Positions 1 to 6,781 of a DNA stretch of 41,663 bases are shown one piece after another. Under the pieces are notes generated by a model, which ran no database searches, had not been told where the DNA came from, and saw only the letters and a list, made by a program, of their open reading frames with translations. A program made the translations under genes and the position numbers. The stretch comes from Holophagae bacterium (GTDB lineage Bacteria > Acidobacteriota > Thermoanaerobaculia > Thermoanaerobaculales > Sulfomarinibacteraceae), in the NCBI GenBank assembly GCA_030637505.1, contig DAOWGJ010000058.1, positions 1-41,663 of the forward strand, given 5' to 3'. Position 1 is the stretch's first letter; every line of letters starts with the position of its first letter.

Positions 1-123
1 GCCGACCCTGTGCAGAGAGAGGCAGTCAAAATAACCCTCGACGACGATGACCTCGCCGCTTGAGGCGATTGCCTTCCTTGCAAGATCGAGGGCAAACACC
101 CTCGCGCGAACGGGGAAATCACA
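1..123 (-). other. dnaG: Continuation of the DnaG reading frame downstream of the in-frame TGA (start of the TOPRIM domain); runs off the window
   Basis: Same frame as ORF 124..828. The reverse strand translates to CDFPVRARVFALDLARKAIASSGEVIVVEGYFDCLSLHRVG (41 codons, no stop), with the EGY..D TOPRIM signature of primases. Confidence 0.75.
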
Positions 124-828
124 TCAGGCTTGGCTGTTTGGGGACTTGGGCTCGCCGCCTCCGAGGATTCGACCTCCGAAGGCCACGAGACGCCCGTCTC
201 CCGACCGGATTGGGAACATCAGGCGTTTTCGAAAGCGGTCGTAGGGACTCTTGCCGCTTTCGGGCTGCACGATCAGACCGGCATTGGCCAGGACGCCCTC
301 TGGGTGGCGGGCCCGCAGGCTCTCGACCAGTCCACGCCACTCATCCGGGGCCCAGCCGAAGCCGAAACTCGCCCAGCTTGACTTGGGAAAGCCCCGCCGC
401 TCGAGTTCGCGGGCTGCTTCAGCGCCTCCGGCGGAGGACAGCTGGTCGACGAACCAGCGCTGGGCCTCCTCGAGGATGGAGCGCTGCCGCTCTTCGTCCC
501 GGCGTCGTTTTTGTGCGCCAGGACTCCGAGCAGGCAGGTCGACGCCGAACCGTCTGGCCAGATATTCGACGGCCTCGGGAAAATTGAAGTTCTGCTGTGC
601 CATGACAAAGTTGAAGACGTCGCCTCCCGCATGGCAGCCGAAACAGTGGTAGAGACCTTTTTCGGCATCGATCGTGAACGAGGGGGTCTTCTCTTCATGA
701 AAGGGGCACAGGCCTTCCCATGTTCGCCCGCGACGCTTCAGGCGAACCTGGTCGGAGATGACAGAGACGACATCGGACGCCTCTCGTACGCGTGCTATGA
801 CCTCGGGCCCGAGGTCGAAATCAGTCAT
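124..828 (-). CDS. dnaG: DNA primase DnaG, N-terminal part (CHC2 zinc finger plus RNA polymerase core), ending at an in-frame TGA at 124..126
   Basis: CPFHEEKTPSFTIDAEKGLYHCFGCHAGGDVFNFVM zinc-finger motif; RFRKRLMFPIRSGDGRLVAFGGRIL primase motif; classic rpsU...dnaG neighbourhood. A normal primase is about 600 aa; the frame stays open after the TGA. Confidence 0.85.
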   Translation of the reverse strand: MTDFDLGPEVIARVREASDVVSVISDQVRLKRRGRTWEGLCPFHEEKTPSFTIDAEKGLYHCFGCHAGGDVFNFVMAQQNFNFPEAVEYLARRFGVDLPARSPGAQKRRRDEERQRSILEEAQRWFVDQLSSAGGAEAARELERRGFPKSSWASFGFGWAPDEWRGLVESLRARHPEGVLANAGLIVQPESGKSPYDRFRKRLMFPIRSGDGRLVAFGGRILGGGEPKSPNSQA

Positions 829-884
829 GAGGTGATAGTAGCGGGTCCGGGAGGGGTGGTGCTCATTTTCCCGGTGTTGCCTAC

Positions 885-1150
885 TGGTCCGGTCGCTGTT
901 CCTGACGCTGCCTCTGCCCCTGAATTACAACACCGGCCTTCGGGAGCGGCCAGAAATTGACGTGAGTCCAGAGGACTGCCGAGCGCTCCCGCTCGGCCCT
1001 TCCCCGGAGGGGCAGCATTTCTGGGGCCGGATGGGGAACCGCCCCTCCGGGGAAGGGCCTCGGCGGCCTACTGCCTTCAGCCGAGATGCGGTGCCTGAGA
1101 TATTCGCCGGGGATTGCCCCACACAGCCTTTCCCGCAACGACACCGTTAT
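885..1150 (+). repeat. Structured intergenic repeat, copy 1 (partner at 25300..25590)
   Basis: Shares CCGGCCTTCGGGAGCG, CGCTCCCGCTCGG, CCTCGGCGGCCTAC, CCGAGA and CGCAACGAC blocks in the same order as copy 2. Has a perfect 19-bp stem, 995-1013 paired with 1041-1059, with a 27-nt loop. Boundaries are approximate. Confidence 0.7.
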
Positions 1151-1206
1151 CGGGAGAACTGTCGGACGGAAAAGCTGTGTACGGCACGTCCCGTCGGAGA
1201 GGGGTG

Positions 1207-1260
1207 CTCGCTGATAGCTTCCCAGCCTCCCAGCCTCCCAGCTTCCTAGCCTTCCAGCGT
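1207..1260. repeat. Short tandem array, about 5 units of the octamer CCCAGCCT, preceded by GCTGATAGCT; overlaps the mutS2 stop
   Basis: cccagcct cccagcct cccagctt cctagcct tccagcgt at 1221..1260, read directly from the sequence. Confidence 0.8.
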
Positions 1261-3621
1261 CACCTCAGTCGCCCCGGTGCCTCCCCGATTCCCCGGCGGG
1301 TGGCCGAAGGAGACGACCGCAGGATGGGTCTTGACGACGTCGGTGACTACTCGTTTCAGGGTCCCGGTTCCGTGGCCGTGAACGATCCGGAGGGTCGTCA
1401 GGCCGCCGGCGTGGGCTCGATCGAGATACCGTTCGACGCGGTCACGAGCCTCCTCGGCATCGAGGCCCAGGAGAATCAGCTCGGGCGCCTCCCGTTCTTC
1501 CACCTCGAGGTGGATCGCCTCGGTCTTTTTCTTTGTCGTCGACGTGCGGATGGCCTCGACATCGCTCGCCGCAACCCAGAGCCGTTTGCCGCCGACTATC
1601 ACGCGAGCCTGCCCGCCCCGGAGATCCTGCATCACCCCCTCCGCGCCCAAGGACCGGATGCGGACGGCAGCGCCGAGTTCGAGGCGCCCGGAGGACGGCA
1701 GTGGTTCCCCCTCCGTCGCCGCACCGAGGTCCAGGGCCTGATTCCTGATGTTCTGCCGTGCCTTCCTTCCGATGTGGCGGTGCTCCTCGGTGGCAGTGTC
1801 CAGCCGGGCCAGAGCCTTGTCGAGTCTTGACTTGGCACGGCCTCGCAGCCGACTGCGCTCGTCTTCGAGCAGGGAGGGCAACTGTCTTCGTTCCTCCTCG
1901 AACCTGCGTCGATCGCCGTCGGCTCTGGCTTGCGCGGCGGTCGCTGCGGCTTTTTCCCGGCCGACCTCGGCCCTTTCGCGCAGCAGTTCCCCCTCGAGCA
2001 CCTCCAGGCGCTCGAGCCAGCGGTCCAATTCCAGGTGGTGTCCACCCAGGAGGTCCCGGGCGTGGTCGATCACCGAGGGTGGGAGGCCCATCGCGGCGGC
2101 GATCTCCAGACCGCGAGATCGGCCGGGGCGTCCCATCCGAATAGTGTAGGTCGGTCGCCCGCGATCCTCGTCGAATTCCATCGCGGCGTTGTCCATGAGT
2201 TCGGCCGATGAGGCGGCCAGGGCGATGGCGGCCAAATGGGTCGTGGCCACCGTCCGGCAACCCCTTTCGGTCAAGGCCTCCAACACCGCGCAGCCCAGGG
2301 CGGCGCCCTCCAATGGGTCGGTGCCGCTCCCTAACTCATCGTAGATGACAAGGGACGACGGTCCGGCCTCTTTGAGCAGCTGGGCCGTGGTTGCCATGGC
2401 TCCGGAGAAGGTCGAAAGATCGGCTGAAACATCCTGGTCGTCGCCGATCCGGCACCAGACATGGTCGAACCACGGAACCGTTGATCCCGGCGCGACAGGA
2501 AGGGGGATTCCGTGATAGCACATCAGTACCATCAGGCCGACGGTCTTCAACACGACGGTCTTACCGCCGGCGTTGGGGCCGGATATCAAGAGGGTCACGG
2601 CCTCTCCCGGAAATTCGAAATCAAGCGGCACAGCGGATTGAGTCCGTCCGCTTCGCTCGGTCTCGTCGAAGATCTCCGTGCGCAGGGCCTGGAGGCTCTG
2701 GTCCAGCAGTGGATGTCGGGCCTGGTTGAGAACTAGTGCCTTGCCGCCGCCCGGTTCCAAGAGGAGGCCGTCGATGAGACGGCCGAAGAACACTCGAGCC
2801 TGGATGGCGTCGATGCGGCCGAGCGTCTGAACCGCGTCGGCCAGATCGGATTTGATCGCGCCGAAAGCCGCGGCGACCTCGGCGAGAATGCGTTGGACTT
2901 CCCGCCGTTCCTTGGCCGAAGCGTCCGTAAGGTCGTTATTGAGGTCGACCACACCAAAAGGTTCGACGTAGGCGGTCGCACCGGATCCGGAGCTGTCCAG
3001 AACCAGTCCCGGCAGCTGAGCCCGTACCGAGGCCTTGACCGGGAGGCAGTACCGGTCTCGCCGCAGGGTCGGAGGGGCGTCGGTGGTGACGCCGGGGTGG
3101 CGACGGCGAATGGCTTCCAATTCGGCCACCAGATGCTGCCGGACGCGGGTGATCGCGCGCCGGGCGCGCCTGAGGTCTGGGGATGCTTCGTCGGGGACTC
3201 GCCCGTCCCGCCCCAGGCGAGGTGCTGCCCACGCGACCAACTCCTCGGTGTCCGGGAGGTGTTGTCCCAGTGCCTTGAGGTGGGTCAGACGGTCCGGGGC
3301 CGCCGACAGCTTGCGCCGGACGGAAGCCGTCCTGCGTGCCAGGCCGAGGAGCACCAGCAGATCACCGGGATCGACCGGAATCGTTGCTTCGGGCTCGAGC
3401 CATTGAACAGCCTCATCAACGCCACCCATCGGTAACCGTTCGCCATCGTCCAGGAGGCTGCTCAGCTCACGGGTCAGCGCCGCGCGTTCAAGAGCCTTCC
3501 GGCGGTCAGGGAGTGTTGGGGCGTTGGTGATGAAAAAGCGGCCCACGCGCGTTCGGGCGTGGGCCGCAACGAGTTTCAGGACCGTATCAAAGTCCAGCTC
3601 TTTTGCGATCGAAGATTTCAA
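1246..3621 (-). CDS. mutS2: Endonuclease MutS2 (MutS ATPase domain plus C-terminal Smr domain)
   Basis: 791-aa ORF. Walker A GPNAGGKTVVLKTVGL. C-terminal Smr motif LGLDAEEARDRVERYLD...LRIVHGHGTGTLK. TTG start 10 nt after the rpsU stop, preceded by GAGG. Confidence 0.9.
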   Translation of the reverse strand: MKSSIAKELDFDTVLKLVAAHARTRVGRFFITNAPTLPDRRKALERAALTRELSSLLDDGERLPMGGVDEAVQWLEPEATIPVDPGDLLVLLGLARRTASVRRKLSAAPDRLTHLKALGQHLPDTEELVAWAAPRLGRDGRVPDEASPDLRRARRAITRVRQHLVAELEAIRRRHPGVTTDAPPTLRRDRYCLPVKASVRAQLPGLVLDSSGSGATAYVEPFGVVDLNNDLTDASAKERREVQRILAEVAAAFGAIKSDLADAVQTLGRIDAIQARVFFGRLIDGLLLEPGGGKALVLNQARHPLLDQSLQALRTEIFDETERSGRTQSAVPLDFEFPGEAVTLLISGPNAGGKTVVLKTVGLMVLMCYHGIPLPVAPGSTVPWFDHVWCRIGDDQDVSADLSTFSGAMATTAQLLKEAGPSSLVIYDELGSGTDPLEGAALGCAVLEALTERGCRTVATTHLAAIALAASSAELMDNAAMEFDEDRGRPTYTIRMGRPGRSRGLEIAAAMGLPPSVIDHARDLLGGHHLELDRWLERLEVLEGELLRERAEVGREKAAATAAQARADGDRRRFEEERRQLPSLLEDERSRLRGRAKSRLDKALARLDTATEEHRHIGRKARQNIRNQALDLGAATEGEPLPSSGRLELGAAVRIRSLGAEGVMQDLRGGQARVIVGGKRLWVAASDVEAIRTSTTKKKTEAIHLEVEEREAPELILLGLDAEEARDRVERYLDRAHAGGLTTLRIVHGHGTGTLKRVVTDVVKTHPAVVSFGHPPGNRGGTGATEVTLEG

Positions 3622-3631
3622 GACCGAGCCT

Positions 3632-3844
3632 CTAGAGCATGCCTGCTCGTCGCTGCTTGGCCATCTTGCGAAGCATCTTCTTTCGGGCTTGGATCAGCGC
3701 ACGCTTGCGCAGTTCCGAGGGCTTCTCGTAAAAACGTCGTCGTTTGACTTCGGAGAGGATGCCGGCCTTCTCGCACTTGCGCTTAAATCGGCGCAGCGCC
3801 TGTTCGAAGGACTCGTTGTCGCGTACTACGACACCTGTTGGCAT
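3632..3844 (-). CDS. rpsU: 30S ribosomal protein S21
   Basis: [44 protein letters not shown] matches the S21 family. The ATG at 3842-3844 is preceded by GGAGGGGG, so the N-terminal 24 aa of the 94-aa track ORF are rejected. Confidence 0.92.
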   Translation of the reverse strand: MPTGVVVRDNESFEQALRRFKRKCEKAGILSEVKRRRFYEKPSELRKRALIQARKKMLRKMAKQRRAGML

Positions 3845-3902
3845 GGAATCACCCCCTCCTCTGCGAAATTCGGGCGCTCGAGGCGCACCTCGCAAGGAGT
3901 GA

Positions 3903-3932
3903 ATCATAGACCACATCGCCGTTGAGCGTCAA
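3903..3932 (-). promoter_or_regulatory. Candidate sigma70-type promoter for rpsU-mutS2-dnaG
   Basis: Reverse strand reads TTGACG-N18-TATGAT, about 60 nt upstream of the rpsU ATG. Confidence 0.5.
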
Positions 3933-4066
3933 GCCGGTGAATGGGGAGAAGGTCACAGTCGGCAAGCCGCGGGTGTCGCAGGCCACAGGTCACTATCGCA
4001 GGCTGCAGAGCGCACCCGGGAACCTGGAGGCTGCTGCAGTTGCCTGAAATTGTAGCCTGAACCACG

Positions 4067-4094
4067 AAAAGGGGCGCCGGAAGGCGCCCCTTTT
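4067..4094 (-). terminator. Rho-independent terminator after the lipoprotein gene (bidirectional hairpin)
   Basis: AAAAGGGGCGCC-GGAA-GGCGCCCCTTTT is a perfect 12-bp stem with T/A tracts on both sides, 23 nt downstream of the stop at 4117. Confidence 0.8.
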
Positions 4095-4116
4095 GGTTTC
4101 AGTGGGGTTTCGCTCG

Positions 4117-4914
4117 TTAATCGGTGACAACCCTGGTCTTGACGGCGTCCCAATTGGCCGAGTACATCTTGCCGGTCTTGATCTTGAAGTAGATTGCGGC
4201 CGCGCCGCCTTCCTCTCTCTTGTACAACCAGGTCTGAACCCCGCGCTTCTCGTCATCTTGGATGTTGGCGTAATAGGGAACGCCGACGGTGGCCTTGACC
4301 TCGTCCATCGTCATTCCTTTGGTCACCGCGTCGAAACGCTCCCTCGTGATGTTGCGCCAGTCTTCAAACGTGGCGATCTGCTCTTCAATCGCCGGGTGCA
4401 CCGGCAGTTCGATCGCGGTGTAGTAGCTTTTGGCGCCGGCCAGATGGTCGATGGCCTTTTTGTAATCACCGGACTTGATGACGATGTCGGCGGCGACGAT
4501 TATCGCTTCGTCGGAGTAAATCCTCAATGCCTCTGCGGTCTCTGTGGACTGCGGATGGTCGTTGAGTCCGACGGTGAGTAATTCGGCAAGCTGTGCCTGA
4601 ACGTCCTCGTAGACGGTCTCGGACCGCGTCTCCAACTCAGGCAGTTTTGCGCCGAGAGCTTCCAGTTGGATCTTCTGCTCATCGGTCCGCTTCTTCTCGG
4701 AGATGGCCTCGATCTCGGCCGAGGTGGCCTTCGCCGTAGCGATCTCCGTGCGGAGCGACTGTAACTCCTGATAGGTTTGGTTGATGGTGTCTAACTGTTC
4801 GTGAAGCTGGCCCAAGGCCAACTCCTCGTCCGACGGCCCGCTATTGCAACCGAGGGTCAAACCGGTCAGCACTGCGAACACCAGGAAAAACGATAGGAAA
4901 CGAATGCTTTTCAT
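4117..4914 (-). CDS. Hypothetical lipoprotein with a coiled-coil region and a BamE/SmpA-like C-terminal fold
   Basis: MKSIRFLSFFLVFAVLTGLTLGC is a signal peptide plus lipobox. GGGGGAGGG lies upstream of the ATG at 4912-4914. A heptad-rich middle is followed by a C-terminal GMTMDEVKATVGVPY...motif. The upstream 60 aa of the track ORF are rejected. Confidence 0.7.
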   Translation of the reverse strand: MKSIRFLSFFLVFAVLTGLTLGCNSGPSDEELALGQLHEQLDTINQTYQELQSLRTEIATAKATSAEIEAISEKKRTDEQKIQLEALGAKLPELETRSETVYEDVQAQLAELLTVGLNDHPQSTETAEALRIYSDEAIIVAADIVIKSGDYKKAIDHLAGAKSYYTAIELPVHPAIEEQIATFEDWRNITRERFDAVTKGMTMDEVKATVGVPYYANIQDDEKRGVQTWLYKREEGGAAAIYFKIKTGKMYSANWDAVKTRVVTD

Positions 4915-5074
4915 GCCCTCCCCCTTCGCTGTGAACCTAGCAGAAATGCCGCCGTGTGGCAATGACCGGGACCTTCGAATCGGCCCCGAAAACGGAACGC
5001 TGTTTTCTGCCTTGACGGGAGGTTCAAGACGCAGTGATAATGAAGTGTTAAGAAAAGGACCGAACGGAGGCGTC

Positions 5075-6646
5075 ATGGACTCATTGGACACCATCCTCGA
5101 GCATCTGAAACAGACCCAGGACCGTGGCAGAAATGCGATTGAAGGGCGAGTGGAGACGATCGCCGACCGCTTGAGCCAACTGGTCGATGAAGCGACTGCC
5201 TCCGTCCGGGAGACGATGGCTCATGAAGTGGAAGAGTTGTTTCCGGCGGCCGACCTCAAGCAGGCCCTGGAGGAGCTGAACGGTCGGGTGACTGCACTGG
5301 AGCAGGAGAAGGCCGATGTTGCACAGGAGCTGGATTGGGCTCAGCGCCGCCTTACGGATTTTCAGGCGGAAGGAGTGGCCGAAGCGCCCTCGGGTGGTCC
5401 GTCCCTCGAGCTGTTGAGGAATTTGGACCGGGCCCGTTCTCAGTCTGAACTCTTGAAGGAGTTACTTCCGGCGCTGTGTGATGTTGCCGCCCGGGCAGTT
5501 GTGTTGGTGATTCGAGGGGGCGATGTCAGCGCATGGAGTGGGATCGGTTTCGCTGACGGTGAGTCTCTGCGTCAATGGCAGACCACCGTTCCGGCATCAC
5601 CGGCCCTTCACGCCTTGGTCTCGGAGTCACGGCCGGTCCGGTTCCAGCCGGAAGATGACGAGGTGTTCAGGGGATGGTTGGACGCCGAGGGCCTTCCGGG
5701 CAACGCTCTGTTGGTGCCGGTCTGTCTCCGCGGGCAACTGATGGGATGCCTGTATCTCGACGATGGTGAGGGCGACCCCTGGGACCCTGATTCCGCACAG
5801 GGGTTGGTGGCTGTTGCTTGCTGGATGATCGACACCCTTCATGCTCGGCAGGAGGTGCCGTCTTCGATGGTTGCGGAGCCCCTCACCCTGGAGAGCGAGC
5901 CGGAAGGGGTGCCCGAGCCCGAAGACGCCGAACCGGCTTTCGAAGAGCCGGAGGCCGTGACTGCGGATGACACCCCGGCTGAGGTCGAAGACCTCCCGGA
6001 GGGCACTGTCGAAGAGGCGCCCGCGGCGGTGGAACCTGAATATCAGTCCGCCTCCGAGCCGGAGGAGTCCGTCGAGGTTGAGGAGGTTGAGCCGGCAGTA
6101 CAGGATTTCGATCCGTCCGCAACGATGCGGGTCGAAGTTGCGCCCGAGTTGGTTGAAATGCCACCCGAGCCAGTGGACGAGGTCGTGGTCGAAGAAACCG
6201 AGCCCGAGCCGGAACCAGAGCCTGAGCCGGAACCAGAGCCTGAGCCTGAGCCCGAGCCTGAGCCCGAGGAGGCGACGGAGTCCGCCGAGGTGGCACCCGC
6301 TCCGTCCCCGGCGGTCGTCCCGCCTCCACCACTGGAGTCGGCCGTCGAGGAGGAGCCGACCGAGGCCGTTCGTACGGACGAGGCGCAGGCCCAACACGAA
6401 GAGGCTCGACGGTTTGCTCGGCTCCTGATTTCCGAGATCAAGCTTTACAACGAGGACGAAGTCGAGCGGGGGCGCGCAGGGAATGATCTCTATCAAAGGC
6501 TCCGAGAGGATATCGACCGGTCTCGAGAGATGTACGACAAAAGGATCGCCGAGGAAATCCGGTTGGAGACCGACTACTTCAGGGACGAAATCATTCGGAT
6601 TCTTGCCGATGGGAACGAGGATGTGCTCGGGGAGTATGGTCCATAG
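5075..6646 (+). CDS. Hypothetical protein: coiled coil, GAF-like domain, acidic (EP)n linker and a conserved helical C-terminal domain
   Basis: ATG at 5075 with GGAGG 5 nt upstream. Internal LVIRGGDVSAWSGIGF...VPVCLRGQLMGCLYLDDGEG looks GAF-like. The run from 5880 to 6360 is strongly acidic. C-terminus reads ARRFARLLISEIKLYNEDEVERGR... Confidence 0.7.
   Translation: MDSLDTILEHLKQTQDRGRNAIEGRVETIADRLSQLVDEATASVRETMAHEVEELFPAADLKQALEELNGRVTALEQEKADVAQELDWAQRRLTDFQAEGVAEAPSGGPSLELLRNLDRARSQSELLKELLPALCDVAARAVVLVIRGGDVSAWSGIGFADGESLRQWQTTVPASPALHALVSESRPVRFQPEDDEVFRGWLDAEGLPGNALLVPVCLRGQLMGCLYLDDGEGDPWDPDSAQGLVAVACWMIDTLHARQEVPSSMVAEPLTLESEPEGVPEPEDAEPAFEEPEAVTADDTPAEVEDLPEGTVEEAPAAVEPEYQSASEPEESVEVEEVEPAVQDFDPSATMRVEVAPELVEMPPEPVDEVVVEETEPEPEPEPEPEPEPEPEPEPEPEEATESAEVAPAPSPAVVPPPPLESAVEEEPTEAVRTDEAQAQHEEARRFARLLISEIKLYNEDEVERGRAGNDLYQRLREDIDRSREMYDKRIAEEIRLETDYFRDEIIRILADGNEDVLGEYGP
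6200..6265 (+). repeat. In-frame (GAG-CCN)11 repeat encoding (Glu-Pro)11
   Basis: gagcccgagccggaaccagagcct... includes an 18-bp unit, gagccggaaccagagcct, repeated twice. Confidence 0.9.
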
Positions 6647-6781
6647 AAATAGCTACCTACACCCGACTTTTTCGAAATATTTGAAGCGAGGATCCAGGGG
6701 CGAGTGGTCAGTGAGCATGGGTGCGGGATGCCTGGTCCGAAAACAACGACCACCGATGGTACAGTCGGGCGAGTTCCCTGA

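Noticed and set aside
124-126. The possibility that the in-frame TGA in dnaG reflects a genome-wide genetic-code change (TGA as Gly/Trp) or selenocysteine.
   Set aside because: At least five neighbouring genes of normal length end with TGA, several in ATGA overlaps. The genome is GC-rich, unlike known TGA-recoded lineages. I saw no SECIS-like hairpin downstream, and no primase is known to use Sec. It is kept only as a local anomaly.
4844-5074. N-terminal extensions offered by the ORF track for several genes: 4844 for the GAF protein, 4915-5094 for the lipoprotein, 12552 for xseA, 15087 for the GT-C protein, 19172 for the acyl-CoA ligase, 3845-3916 for rpsU, 25672 for the liaF-like gene and 34728 for the TrmH-like gene.
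   Set aside because: In each case an internal start has a canonical SD and/or an ATGA overlap with the preceding gene. The extension overlaps a neighbouring gene, promoter or hairpin and does not match the family N-terminus.
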